Below are positions 32,026 to 45,210 of a DNA stretch of 64,000 nt, piece after piece. Source of the stretch: Selaginella moellendorffii (lineage: Eukaryota > Plantae > Lycopodiophyta); contig NW_003314368.1 in assembly GCF_000143415.4 (NCBI RefSeq), positions 82,792 to 146,791 on the forward strand, in the 5' to 3' direction. Position numbers and translations under genes: made by a program. Positions within the stretch are counted from its first letter, which is position 1. Every line of letters starts with the position of its first letter. The notes under the pieces were generated by a model. It was not told the origin of the DNA. It did not search any database and saw nothing but the letters and a program-made list of their open reading frames with translations.

Positions 32026-35000
32026 ATGAGTGATTGCGCTGCTCCGGTAAGCGTTTCCTCGGCTTGTTTCCTTGCCGGAGCCAAGAATCTCTCTAGCGCC
32101 TCCAGTTTCTATCGATTCTCAGATCCTCGCGCCAGAGGATTCGGAGGAACAGGGAAGATTTTGAGGACTGGGAGTAGAAATCAATGCAGTTCTTCTGAGA
32201 TTCAAGCCAGGGATGGAAATATTTCGATAGCTGGAGCTCGACATCGGCATAGCGGCGACCGATCGCCAGACTTCCAGGCGAGGGATGGAAATATTTCGAG
32301 AGCTGGAGCTAGGAATGACGAGAATCGATCGAGTGACGATGGAAGCCGCGGCATTGTCCCCTTCCAAGGCGCCGGTCTCGAGCAATGGAAGCTTAGCGAT
32401 GCCAGGAGCAGTGAGTGGGTGTGGCGGCGGCAGCAAAGGAAGCGATTGCTGCGTCGTGTGAGAAGGCCGCCGAGTGATCCTGGAATTCGCGATCTGATAC
32501 AGCGGCGGCGAGAATGGGAGAAGCGATTGCGAAGAGCTCAGCCACAGGCAGTGGCTCCAAAGTGGACGCGCTTGACTCCAGAGCAAATGGCCGAGTACCA
32601 CGCTCACGGTGGCTACGCTGCCTATCCCATGCGGTATAAGAGTCACGTCGAGTCCGCCATCGCCACGGTCCGCGGGCTTGCAACTCAAGAATCTTACGAC
32701 ATTCGTCGCGTGATGGCTCCTTGGGTTGGGAGATTGACGTTCCGGGAGCTCTGCACGGTGCTCAAGTGGCAACAAGGATGGAAAGAAGCCCAGGAGTTCT
32801 TCGCGTGGATGAAACTCCAGGTAAGACTTGTGATGAAGTTGGAAGAGAGAAAAGATTAGAGTGTCTTGAGATTTACTGACTGCGAACTTTGGTTTTGCAG
32901 CTGTCCTACATTCCAAGCGTGATTGTTTACTCGATGCTGCTCAAGGTGTATGGCAGGGACAAACAGATTGGTTTGGCCGAGGCCGCGTTTCAGGAGATGC
33001 TGGATCAGAAGCTGGATCCCGACGAGGTGGCGTTCTCGACAATGATCCTCAACTACGCAAACGCGGAGATGTTCGACGAGATGCTCACCATGTACGAAGC
33101 GATGATGAGCCGGGGGATTGTTCCGTCGTCGGTGACGTACACGACGATGCTGATCCATCTCAACAAGGCCGAGAGGCTGGCGGATGCTGCTTTGCTGTGG
33201 GAAGATCTGGTGGAGGAGTCTGTGGAGCTGAGTCCTCTGGCTTATGCGTTGATGATCACCATCTATAGGAAGCTGGGGCGGTTTGAGGAAGCCTTGGAAG
33301 TCTTTGAGGCTATGCTAGGTGCTGGCTATTACCCGGACTCTCTCATCTACAACATGGTTCTTCATATGCTGGGAAAGTTGGGACGCTATGACGAGGCGGT
33401 CGACGTTTTTACCGCGATGCAGCGGCAGGAGCTGTGTACCAGTAAGTACTCGTATGCTACTATGCTGCACATCTGTGAGAAAGCTGACAAGTTTGAGCTC
33501 GCTGCGTCGATCTTCTCTGACATGCAGATGAAGAGATGCCCGGTTGACGAAGTTGTCTACACGAGTGTGATCAGCATCTACGGGAAGGCCGGGCTTTATG
33601 ACGAAGCGGAGAAGCTGTTCCAGGAGATGAATGAGCTACGGCTTTTGGTTGACGTGAAGACGTTCTCGGTGATGGCCAACGTTCGTTTGAAGGCTGGCAA
33701 GTATAACGAAGCTGTGCAAGTCATGGAAGAGCTGCTTGCTAAAGGGCTCAACCTGGACGACATGGCATGGAAGACGCTGCTGCATTGTTATGTCAAGGCT
33801 GGGAACGTAGAGCGTGCTACGAAGACTTTCAAGACTCTGGTGGAGTCTGGAATTGCGGATCTGATGGCATACAACGATGTGCTCAGCCTCTACGCCGAGT
33901 TTGATATGTTGGAGGATGCCAAGCTCCTATTCCAGCAGCTCAAGAGCTCGTCCATACAGCCAGATCAGGTGTGGTTTGGGACCATGGTGAAGCTTTACTG
34001 CAACGCTAATATGGTGGCGGCCGCGGAAGAAGTTCTGAGGCAAATGCGAGAGAAGGGGTTCACGCCGGATCACATTACTCAGGGGATACTGATCAACGCT
34101 TATGGTGAGGCAAACAGGATCGAAGAGGCTGCGGGCTTGTTGGAAGCGTCGGCAAAAGAAGATGAAAGCGAAGCTGCCGCGATTTCGAGGATTTACTTGT
34201 GCCTCAAATTTCGCCTCTTTGACAAGGCGACCTTGCTGCTCCATCGCGTTCTGGAATCCTTTACCCTGGACTCTGCCGCGTACAACCAGCTGACCATCAA
34301 TTTTCTCAAGGCTGGTATGTTTGCTGCCTGTGTTTTACTTGCGAGTGAGCGTTTGATTGTGCAGGCCAAGTTCTACCAGCGGAAATGTTGCACTCAAGGA
34401 TGCAGGATAAAGGTTTTGACGTGGAGGACTCGACACTTGGCCATTTAATCGCGGCCTATGGAAAGGCAGGTCGCTACGAAGTTCTGACGAGGCTGAAACC
34501 CGAGTTGCCGAGGAACAATTTTGTCTATTCGTCAATGGTTGGAGCTTTGATAAACTGCAACCAGCTGGAAGAAGCTGCTGGATTGGTGGAGAAGATGAGG
34601 CAGATCGGTCTCAAGTGCGACAGCGTTTTGGTCAGTATACTTCTCAATGCATACAGCAAAGCTGGTGAGCAGAAAATCTTTTCTTTTTCAGTCTATCTAA
34701 AAGCCATTTCTTGCAGGACTTGTGGAGGACGCCGATGCTCTAATTCATATGGCCAGGGGCGATGGTATCCTGCTGGATATTGTTGCCTACAACACGATCA
34801 TATTGTTGCCTACAACACGATCATAAAAGCAGATCTGAGACCTGGTCAGTAGTACTTCTTTTCTACCGAAAGAAACTTGTTTGATTTTTCCTTTCAGGTC
34901 GCCTAAAGAAAGCAATAGACACATACTCATCACTTACAAACTTGGGGCTGCGGCCGTCCCTTCAAACATATGATACTATGATAAGGTACTTGGCCTCCTG

Positions 35001-35920
35001 TTCGTCACAAGCTTTAAACATGGAATTTGTTCGTGCAGTGTCTTTGCGAAGTCTGGAAGGACACGGGATGCAGAGAAAATGTTCAAAGATCTAAAGTCCG
35101 CTGGCTTTCAACCGGACGAGAAGGTGTACAGTCAAATGATGAACTGCTATGCTAAATCCGGTTGGTATTCAAGCGTTCCTGTATCCTAAAGTCATGTGTG
35201 GATGGATGGATGGATCAGGCATGTACGAACATGCTGCGGATTTATTTGAGGCCATGAAGCTGAGAGGCCTGAGGCCACACGAGGTGAGAAAGCTCGTTTT
35301 GTGTTATGGTCTGTGGCGTAACAGCGCTGGTTTCTTTATTTCACAGGTTAGTTACAACAATTTGATCGATGCTTACGCTCGAGCTGGCCAATTCGCGAAA
35401 GCAGAGCAGCTGCTGGTTGAAATGGCCAAAGCCGGATGTCCTCCGAGCTCGGTCACGTTTCTTCTTCTCATCTCTGCCTACGCACACCGGGGGAAATGCA
35501 ACGAGGCTGAGAATGCTTTAGAGAGGATGCAAACGGCCGCGATACGCCCAACCGTGAGGCATTACAACGAAGTTATGCTTGCTTTCTCCAGGGCCAGGCT
35601 CCCTAGACAAGCCATGGAGAGTTACTTGAAGATGGAGAGGTCAGGAATCCAACCCGACGTAGTCTCGAGCAGGACAATGATCCGGATACTTCTCGAGGGC
35701 TCGATGTTTGAAGAGGGACTTTCTCTGTACAAGAAAACCGAGGCAAAACTCGTCAGCGACAGCCTGAGCCGGGAAATGGTGGCGAAGCTGTATCAAGGCG
35801 CTGGCAAACACTTCGAGGCCAAATACATATTGCGGCAAACATCTGGTGCGTGTTTCTGGCTCTCTTAAAACTTTGATAAACGTTCCTTTCAAAACAGGTG
35901 ATAGAGAGGTGGTTTCCTAG
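32026..35920 (+). CDS. EMB976: P-class PPR protein, EMB976/PDM3 (At5g27270)-like; frameshifted as assembled
   Basis: Transit-peptide-like N-terminus, LTFRELCTVLK...FFAWMKLQ|LSYIPSVIVY and many 35-aa P repeats. A 23-nt tandem duplication at 34777-34822 shifts the frame. Confidence 0.8.
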
Positions 35921-36091
35921 CGCTAAAAACATGAACACGCGAGAGATGAGAAGAATACAAAAAACGACCTTGGAGTTCTCAGCTACAAGAAAGATGAGCT
36001 CCAAGCAAGACGCAGCAAAACGAAAACTAAAAAACAAGAACCAAAGCAACACGGGACAAAGCAAAAAGACAACTAGAAGAGCTGTTGTCTG

Positions 36092-38293
36092 TCACATGAG
36101 GCATTCCACCCGAAAGCCTTTGTCTTCGGCGAACCAGCACTTGCAAACGCGGTACTCGACAAGTCCTCCAACCTCCATAAAGTTCTCCAGCGCGGCCTCA
36201 AAGTACGACTGAAGAACCTTCCAGGCCAGGCAGGCGCACTGCGATCCATACGCCGCCGTGAACTCGTCCATAAGAAAGTGGCAGACGTCCGAGGGGCTCT
36301 CCCGGAACCTCGCAAGATACGACATGAACACCAGCGTCTTGGGGTGGCCGGGAGCGGTGGAGTGCAGCAGCCGGAAGAGCCTGTCCGGGGTGATGAGCTT
36401 GAGAGCCTCATGGCCGCCGGAAGCATCAGCCGACTTCTTCCCGCTCACGGACAGGGGCCCGTAGAAGTCGAAGAGCGTGACCCGGATCAAGTCTTTGTCA
36501 TCCTTGGACATCCCGGCGACTCGTCCCAGCCGCTCCTCGACGCTGGCCAGCAGCTGCGTACACTTCTCTATGCTGTCATACTTGAGCGAGTCGTCCAGCG
36601 GCAGCAAATCTCGCAACAGTTCCTTGTTGCTCCGCTCCAAGCAGCACCTCCGGCAGTGGCACTCGAACCCCCAGTCCTCCACCAGCGCCTTCCTCCGCTC
36701 GGTGCTCCACGGAGCGTATGGATCCACGTACGAGATGAGCAGCTCGTCGCCGGCGTGCAAGTCCCTGGCCGCGTGAAACATGGTGGCCTTGCCAACCTCG
36801 AGCTTGGAAACGTTTGGAAGACACGAGTGATTGACGAACGCCGGCAGCCCCCACACCCGCGACTTGCTACACTCGGACTGTCCCAGCATCGTCCACGGGA
36901 AGTAGGCCGCCTTGACGGCCCCCTGGATCCTGGCCACGTCCAGCGGCGGAGCTTCTTCCGGCGGCATTGCTCCTTCGTAGCCGAGGTTTGGCCGGAAGAT
37001 CTTCATGCTCGGCACCGAGGCCGCATCGTCGATGGCGTAAAGTTGGTGGATGATCTTCTGCGACGAGCGGCACGCCTTGAGCGCCCCGACCAGCAGCTCC
37101 GACTCGGCGGCCCCGGCCTCCTCCTTGACACAGCTCGCGAAGCTGATGTTGTTGCTCACCAGCAGGAGCTCTCCCAGCCGGACCTTCTTCGTCACAAACA
37201 GGCCCCGGCCGCGACCGTCCCTCGTCAGCCGGACCTCCACGGGGCCGACGTAGTCACTGCATTTTGGAGCGTGCTCGGCGTTGCAGCCGCTCGAGACGTA
37301 GTCGCCAACGTCGTACACTCCCTTCTGGCTCTGCTGGAGGAACACCTTGCACTTGGCCAGCGCTTCCAGGATCTCCTTCTTGGCATCACCATCGGACGAG
37401 TACTTGGCAGCCGACTTCAAGCTGACGCGGGCCTCAACGTGCTCCTGGATCGCCATGAGCGCTCGGCCCTTCCGGTAGAAGCTCTTGGCGTGGAAGGCGT
37501 CCATCCCGATGGCCCGGTTGGAGTCGGCGATGGCCTTCTCGTACATCCCAAGCTTGAGCCACGCCTCGGCCCGGTTGGAGATGGCCAGCACCGCCTCGAG
37601 CTTCATCTCCTCGCCGCCATCTTTCCTGCCGAGGCTGGCGGCGACGCAGTCACTGTAGTACTGGATCGCCACCAAGTAGCTCCCCTGCGCGAAGAGAGCG
37701 TTGCCTTCCTTGCGGAGCTCCTGGGGTGGCATGGCGACGAGCTTCTCGGGCGGCGAGGTGGCGACGCCGACGAAGTCCAAGTTCCCGGGGCTCTGGACGT
37801 AGAGAACCACCGGGGTGACGCTGGGGTGGAGGCAGCCGATGGAGGGACGCGTGATCACCACCTTGATCCCTTTCGGGAACATCTTGCGGAGCTCCTCCTG
37901 GCGGGAGGAAGGCTGCATGGCGTTGAAGACGTGGAGGATGCAAGTGGTTCCATCGTCGGCCTCGACGACGGTGAGCACGGAGATGCCGCGGCGGGTGGCG
38001 TCGACGCAGAGGCTGCCGAGGAGGAGGCGCTGCTCGTACCAGCGGTGGAGGAGCAGCTTGTTGTCCTGGAGGAGCTTCTGGTTGTTGCGGGCGCGGCGGT
38101 AGAGGTCCTGGACGATGTTCTTGAGGTGGACGGGCTTGAGCTGCGAGGCCGGGGTGGTGGGGGGGACGCCAAACAGCTGCTGGCTCGAGAGGCTGGCCAG
38201 CTTCTTGCAGCCCGAGCAGCGCCGCCGCTCGATGCATTTGAAGGTGCCGTTACACATGTCGTAGTAGTCGCGGAGAACGTCCTCTTTCTTCAT
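36092..38293 (-). CDS. Intronless TPR + SET-domain methyltransferase
   Basis: TPR (LRKEGNALF, SNRAEAWL, KSFYRKGRAL), GRGRGLFVT, FVNHSCLPN, ELLISY, post-SET FECHCRRC. Confidence 0.88.
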   Translation of the reverse strand: MKKEDVLRDYYDMCNGTFKCIERRRCSGCKKLASLSSQQLFGVPPTTPASQLKPVHLKNIVQDLYRRARNNQKLLQDNKLLLHRWYEQRLLLGSLCVDATRRGISVLTVVEADDGTTCILHVFNAMQPSSRQEELRKMFPKGIKVVITRPSIGCLHPSVTPVVLYVQSPGNLDFVGVATSPPEKLVAMPPQELRKEGNALFAQGSYLVAIQYYSDCVAASLGRKDGGEEMKLEAVLAISNRAEAWLKLGMYEKAIADSNRAIGMDAFHAKSFYRKGRALMAIQEHVEARVSLKSAAKYSSDGDAKKEILEALAKCKVFLQQSQKGVYDVGDYVSSGCNAEHAPKCSDYVGPVEVRLTRDGRGRGLFVTKKVRLGELLLVSNNISFASCVKEEAGAAESELLVGALKACRSSQKIIHQLYAIDDAASVPSMKIFRPNLGYEGAMPPEEAPPLDVARIQGAVKAAYFPWTMLGQSECSKSRVWGLPAFVNHSCLPNVSKLEVGKATMFHAARDLHAGDELLISYVDPYAPWSTERRKALVEDWGFECHCRRCCLERSNKELLRDLLPLDDSLKYDSIEKCTQLLASVEERLGRVAGMSKDDKDLIRVTLFDFYGPLSVSGKKSADASGGHEALKLITPDRLFRLLHSTAPGHPKTLVFMSYLARFRESPSDVCHFLMDEFTAAYGSQCACLAWKVLQSYFEAALENFMEVGGLVEYRVCKCWFAEDKGFRVECLM

Positions 38294-39115
38294 CGACACC
38301 GCCGCCACCTTGCTCGCTCGATTCGATCGTCTTCTTCTATTTTGCTTCCTTCTTCCGTGAAGATCTTTCCTTCTTCTCTACTTCCTCGCGATCTTCTTCT
38401 ATCACTTCCTTGTTCTTCGAAGATGATCTTTCTTCCTTCTTACTCGCTGAAGAGATCTTCTTCGTTTTCCTTCTTCCCAAGCGAAGTTCTCCTCCGCTAC
38501 TAAGTACTGCCTTTCCTTCTTTGCTACTCTTCTTTTTCGTTCCTTTGCCACTTCGTTCTTTGCTTAGAAACTACTTCGCTGGACTGGAATCACTGATGAA
38601 ATCTCTCCAATCCACTGGAATACGGCCAGCGCTCGCCGCGCAAAAGTATTTTTCCAGCAGCGATTTTGGCTCTGACTGACCTTGGAGAGTTTTGGCGGAG
38701 ATTTGGCGAAGCCCGAGCAATGGTGGCGGCAAAATCTCTCTGGAGAGCTGTGGTGGCGAGCAGGGATCGAATGTAGGAAGGGAGCGAGAGACTTACGAAG
38801 AGAGCGATGAGAGCGCAGCGCCCCCAAAATTCCTTGGAGAAAACCCTAGGAAGAGCTACCAGATCGCACGGCCGGGAGGGGGACACGTGGCACGCCTAGA
38901 TCAGGTTATACTACTACACAAAACTATGACGCTTTTTTTTTTTATGTATTTATTTTACTTTACATCTCGTCTCGCAACTCGCAACGCCAAAAACTTTGTC
39001 AAAACCTCACCTTGGGAAAGAGAAGAGAGGAAGAAAAAAATAATCCACGAAGACAATGCCAACCTCGAGAAGATGAGAAGATGGGATGGAAAAAAAAAGA
39101 AGAGAGGACAAAAAG

Positions 39116-42100
39116 TCAGAAGAGATCCGCTGCTTTCTTGTATTGATCTTGCTTCCACTTTGGCAGTGCTCGGAACTGATCCACTTCCATGCCGAAAACG
39201 CTCTTGAATTCCTCGGGCGATAAGTAGCTCTGCTCGGCGACAAAGGGAGAAGTTAATCTCACTCAATCAAGATCAAGATCTTGCGTAGTTACCTCTCGTT
39301 TTGTCACGTCGATTCCAGGAGGATTGCTCGAGGATTTTACCCTGAGGATCTCATAGCTGAAAGGCCCAGTCGCCGCAGGAGGTGGTGGAGCGTCTGAGCT
39401 CTCGGAAGTTGTAGGAGTTGGATCCACCACTGGACAAGATTCGAAGGCGTTAGACAAAGGTTGGAAACAAAGAAAGTTTTGGTGTTACCAGGTTCTGGAG
39501 ATGGCTCCTTGCTCTCGACCGGTGACTTTCTCGGCGTGAAAGATGGCCTGGGTGTGAGGGGCGATTGTCTTTGAGAGGACGCCATGGGAGATGACGAATC
39601 CGCGTCGAGTTTTGGTTCGTTCGCACCATTGGTAGCTGTTCGTTTCTTTGGAGGCGTCTGCACGAGGAGAGAAGTAAGCGACACAACGTAGAACAAAAAA
39701 ACTGTGGCGTACATCGTGTCCTTGCGCTGGTCTGCCCTGTAGCGCCGCGAGTCGTCTCTCAAAGGGATCAACATAGGCCTGTGATTTGTTTTAGAACAAA
39801 ACAACAAGAAGTAAAGAACAAGCTTACAGCTGATTTTGATGGATCCCAGGCAAAGTGTCTTGTAAAAAATGCTGGCTCACTGCCCTCTAGAATTTTGAAT
39901 ATTGGGATGTCTTTGGAAAGACCATCAAGTCTACTGGCCCGCTCAACGTATTTCTACACACACACACACACACACAAATATCAAGGATGTTTCCAGAAAT
40001 TTCAGAACAAACCTCGGCAATTGCAAATCCCTGTTTCTTGTCCTTGGGGCTAACGTTTTGACCAATCCAAACACTCAGTTCACACCGGGTATCAAGGATC
40101 ATGATGTCGTCACTCAGGAGATCGTCTTGAGTGAAATTAAAAGTTTCTTCAAACTGTATGACACAAAGTTACACATACTAGCCCCAAGTTCAAGAATGCG
40201 TACCAATAGATTGCCTGGCTTTCTTGTGTACTCAAACAAGCGTGGATCCTTATCGGAGTCAACAAGTTCTCTCTGGCTGGGATATACCTTCTTTCCTCCA
40301 AGAGCATTCCAAAATGTAGGAGGCTCAGAACCTTCTTTCAGTGACTTGGGAGATGATTCACTCTATACATCATTTAGAATAAGCATTAAAGACGATACCA
40401 AAAAGATGGGAGTTACCTTCAATGACGTAGCAATTCGTGCGGCAACTTGTTGTTCCTCAAGGGTACTGAAACTTCCAAACCATAGCAAATAAGTCTTAGC
40501 AGACTGAAAAATGAAGCAGTCCGAGGAGTTTAACGAGGCAGAAACCTGCGTAGCATGACGGTGTCACCATCTGACAGTTTCTGGCAATTTCAAACACAGC
40601 TTACGGGCTCAACTTGGACGGCCAGACTGTTGTAAGGCTTTGTTCCACGTACTCGAAATAAAGCAAGACCGTCCTCTGTGTATGTTTCGTCTTCCGACGC
40701 ACTCTCTGATACAAGTGTCTTGTATCCCGAGCTCTGACCACCCTGATAATAGGAAGGAATGCACCAGTTTTATCCATGCAAAAGATAGTAGTTGACGAAA
40801 AATTGTGATCGATACCTTGAAAATGACCAGGCTTGAAAATAACGCAATAAACTGTGAAGGCTCCTTGCCTTCAAACACACGGGCCTGCCACCAGGAGTTT
40901 ATCACAAGATTATGGAAAGAACTACTCACTTGTACTAGACGTCCTTTAAAAGAAGAGGAGATCTCTTCAACGTGAGAAAATGCTGAGCTTTGATCTTCCT
41001 GTAAAGAGCTTTGAAGAAACAAGTAAAGAATTTTATAGGAGGCCATACCTCTGCACTTTGATTTCCAAGCCAGCAGCAAACAAAACACTCTGTTTCCTTT
41101 TGATCTCCTTGGTAAGTGTAACGCACAACAAAACAGTCACCAGAATAAAAATGCCCATGGGCTTCCGAAGGGACGGGAGTCTTTGTCTTTCCATCAACCC
41201 GCCACACCTAAAGCAAGACAAAGTTTTAAAAGTAATGTGCACGGTTTCAAGCACCTCTAATTTTCCTGAGGAGTTAAAAAGGGATGGTTCATCTTCCTTG
41301 ACAGAAGCACCTTTCAGAAGTCCCTTGACATCCACGCCTTGCTGCTTGAGTAAAGCTGCGCAAGTCTTAATTCCATCAGTGAATATGACTCGATAATAAT
41401 CTTACCCGCAACTTTTCCTCTGCCTTCTTCTGAAACCACAGGAGCACCTCCAGCCGTTGTCCATTCGCCAAAATAAGATTTAAACGGCAGAGTTTCAAAG
41501 CCTTCGATTACTCGTGTAATTCGTGTTGTTTGTGGCTTCTTAGCAATATATTCCTGCATAGACAAGCGCTTTAAAAAATTTATAAGAATGCCACAATGTC
41601 CTCCTTACCTCCGCTGCCTTGGACGCAGACTTTCTTTCGTCTAAAGAGGTGGCACGACCCGTCCAAACATATACTGTAGGTCCACCATCTAACAAGTAGC
41701 ACTTGTCTGTTTCCAAAAGCTCTCTCGGCAGGGAACTAGCGCTGACTTCTTGCACGTTTCCATCCACGAGACTTCTAGTAAGAAGCGAACAAGCGAACGA
41801 CGTTCAGAGTCAGTGGACGAAGGAATGACGGACTAGCAATTACCATATAAACAGCTTTCCACTGCCAGGATCTTCGTCTTCGTTCTCCTTGATCGAAGCT
41901 TTCTTGCCAATGGGTGCAAAACCTCCAAACAATCCCCAAAATTCGCCAGCATCCGCTTCAGCAGCCATTTTTCCATCCTCTGTCCCACGGCAAGTCTGAG
42001 ATAAAAGATAGAAAAACACAGTACTCACCAACAATAGCAACTGCGCATTTGCCATCGTGATCATTGTCCTTGATAAACTGCACAACTTCCAGGGCCTTTG

Positions 42101-42913
42101 CTCGCTCTTGAATGCTCGAGTTGACGCCATTAAACTGATAAATCTTCACGTCTGTGTCCAGGATGAACACATCGTCGTGATTGAGCGACGATCTCGAAAA
42201 TGGCACCTGAGAAGAGGAGTATAAAGTTTTACGTCATAAAACAGCAGACACAAACCTCTTTTACTCGAACGACTCGCCTCCCTTTGCAACAAAACAACCG
42301 CGGCTCGATCTTTTCGACTTCCGGCTTTTTAAAACCGGAAGCGCAGCCACCTTCGAGTGGAATAATACACGGCTTGAAATAAGTTAAAAACTTATCGCTT
42401 TCGGATCCTTGGACTTCCCTGTATTGAACAGCTCGACCTCCCAAGGCTGCATCAAGCTCTACAGATTTTATGGCAGCAGTGCCAGCTTCATCCTGTGTGA
42501 AGAAGACAACATTATATAACTTCGATCCAAATTCACGCAACACAAATTTACCTGACTTGTTGCTTTGCCAAGCCAGAAATGTATATCATACCGGAGAGCT
42601 CCACTCTTCAATGCGGTAGTCTGGGAGAAGTAAGAAAGTAGAAATTAATCATCCATGAAAGAAAGTGCAAGAAAAGTTAGCACCGACCTTTAAGATGATA
42701 TATGAATCACCAGTGTAAAACTTTCCATGATCAGACTTTGGCAGAGGGACAGGAACAAAATTTTCGATTCTCCAAATCTCCAGCCCGCTAGCAAACGAAT
42801 TAGATTGATCAAGGAACCATCAAATACCAAAATAGAAGATGAGAAACCAAAGGATACGCTTTCTGTCCAATGCCCTGGAAGGCCGGATCAACGTTCTTCA
42901 TAGAAACAGCCAT
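39116..42913 (-). CDS. VLN: Villin (gelsolin repeats + headpiece); many exons
   Basis: [47 protein letters not shown], headpiece [16 protein letters not shown]. Confidence 0.93.
42788..42857 (-). other. U12-type GT-AG intron (first coding intron of villin)
   Basis: 5' GTATCCTTT, branch point TTCCTTGAT, 3' TAG. Confidence 0.8.
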
Positions 42914-43545
42914 CGCAATATCGATGCTGGATCCTCACAGCAGCATCTAGCGCCAGGAATGATCGAAATATCGCAGATCGAGCTCACAGAAATCTAGCTC
43001 GTTCCAAATATCCCAATCCTGCTGCCCCGAGGTTAAATCTGGAGATTTCTCGTACCTCTTCACCGGATTCGTGCGCACTCGCAGCAGCGCCTCGATTTGC
43101 AGTGGCGCTCAAATGCGCGATCGATTCCTCCACGCCGATCGCCCTGGGATTGCGCAAGAAAACCAACAATGTATGCCTAATCTATCACTCGCAACAGTGC
43201 TACGAGCTAAACCTTTCCAGCATGTCTTTAGCATGACAGCTCAGAGCCGTCGGATCCACGAATCGGACGCTCCAGGTGGATCTGAGTTGGCATAGCGTAC
43301 CACTGCCACGTGGGGCCCAGGATGCTAGGGCCGACACACTAAAGAATACTTTAGAACAACCTGGATCAAAGTAAAGACCATAGAGATTTTCTTCTTTCTC
43401 AAAACAATCGCAAGATCGATAGCGAAGAAGCTCTCGGAAATTTCGGCCTAGATCTACACATCTTAGAAGTATACACGGGGATGTTTTATTTTTTCTTTCG
43501 ATTCTCTCGTTTAAACGGATGCTCTGCAAGGCCTTCGATGGATCG

Positions 43546-44973
43546 TTATGCTACAAAGAAGACGAAGACCAAGAGGAATACCAGGAGCACGAAGAAGATC
43601 TTGACGATGAGCCAACGGTTGGAGGAGATGCCATTAAGGTACTTGAGAAGCTGGCCTTGCGCGGCATCCACATTCGATAGCGTATCATCCATGTTTTCAT
43701 CGATCCTGCGAGAAAAAGAGAACTTTGGGTGAGTTCCATCTCCAAAGAAGCTCAACTTCCTGCGGGATCACGCAAAAGAGCGTTTGTTACCTGATCGCAA
43801 CTTCGCCTTGCTCCGCAACCATCGTCGCCAGCTGCGAGAAAATGTTTCCCAGCTCCGCAATGGTCGACTCCACGTTTCGCAGCGCCTCGGCTCGGCTGTG
43901 CAAGTAGTGATCTTGAGTTGGAACGAGCTGTTGCGTTTGAGTTTGAGACTGCGAGGAGGAGATGCTGCTACTCGAGGCTTGAGACGTCGAGCTCTCAGCA
44001 CCACCCGGCCGCCTCCTGAAAGACCACGAGAGAAAGATCGATCAGCGAAAACAAAGAAGATAAATGAATCTCCAGACACCTTAGATGAGTTGCCTTTGGC
44101 ATTCCATCAGTCACACCTCTGCATGCAATGCAAAGAAACATACTCTCCGTGTCTGTGTGGATAGAAAGCTTTTCTAATCAACTTTTCCTTCACAAACCTT
44201 GAATTGAAGAGCTCCCTCGTTGTGGCTCCGTTCACTGGAACTTGTTTGCCAAAGCGCCTTGTTCCTTTCTCGGCCGAGGTCGAGTAGATCTTCATACGTT
44301 CTTCGTGAACTTTGAGACTCTAGAGGCGCAGAAGAAAAACTTTAGTCACGCAAACTTGGATGGAGAGAGATCGAGAGAAAAATAAAAAGTACCTCGCTTC
44401 GCAACGTCAAGACATCCTTGAATTCTTTGGTTGTGTCCATGAGCCTTGTTTTGAGATTTCCTACGACGGTGGTGGAGTGATCGCTGCTATGCTTGTTTCG
44501 ATTGATCTCGTTACGAGCGTCGCAAACACGCTGGAGATCCTCGATCGCGCTGTTCAATGCCTGGATATCTTGCCTGATCACAGCAGTGAGCTCTTGGATC
44601 TCGACTGCTGGGTCGTCAAAAATGGACGTCTTCTTCGCCACTGCAAGGAGAAGAAAAATTCTCACCAAGCTCGAAGAGATCGATCTAAAAGGCGCTAAAG
44701 CACGAAGAACTTACATTGGGTGAGCTTGTGGAGCTTGTTAGATGTTTGGTGGATGCTAAGCCCTATCTGCGAGGCCCGGCGATTAAACTCCGAGTGCAAG
44801 GATCCGCTGGATTGATGCTGCTGTAGAGGCCCTCCTGCTCTCGCCGATGATGATCCCTCCATGGAGCCATTCGCCGCGGAGAATGCCGGCGACCGTTTCA
44901 ATCTCTCGGCAATCGCCTGGAATTCCGACGTTCTATCCCTACAAGACGACGCGCCGCTCACCGCCACTGGCAT
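43546..44973 (-). CDS. Syntaxin-5/SYP3-family Qa-SNARE
   Basis: RDRTSEF, SEFNRRASQIG, FDDPAVEIQELT, NVESTIAELGNIFSQLA, C-terminal TM helix. Confidence 0.92.
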
Positions 44974-45210
44974 CTTTGCGCGCCTTTCCTCCCCCTAGAG
45001 CCCTAGAATCGATTCATGCAGCTTGCGCGCCTTGCCTGTGCCTAGATCCAGCTCTCGCGCTCCCAGATCTCGAGCTCCCAGCCCAGCGCCTTCCAATCTA
45101 GGTCTAACCTCGCAATGAAATGGCATGGGCCGTTGGATTGGGCATCTAACGGACGAGAGAACGCGTCATACGTGGCGCCTTCTTCCACCTAAGATTAGGG
45201 TTCTTGGGCA

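Noticed and set aside
36278-38503. 741-aa antisense ORF opposite the TPR-SET gene
   Set aside because: Typical antisense shadow of a high-GC3 gene; no domain recognisable.
38338-38570. Lys/Glu-rich open frame upstream of TPR-SET (minus strand)
   Set aside because: No ATG, bounded by stops and out of frame with the CDS; purine-rich leader composition suffices.
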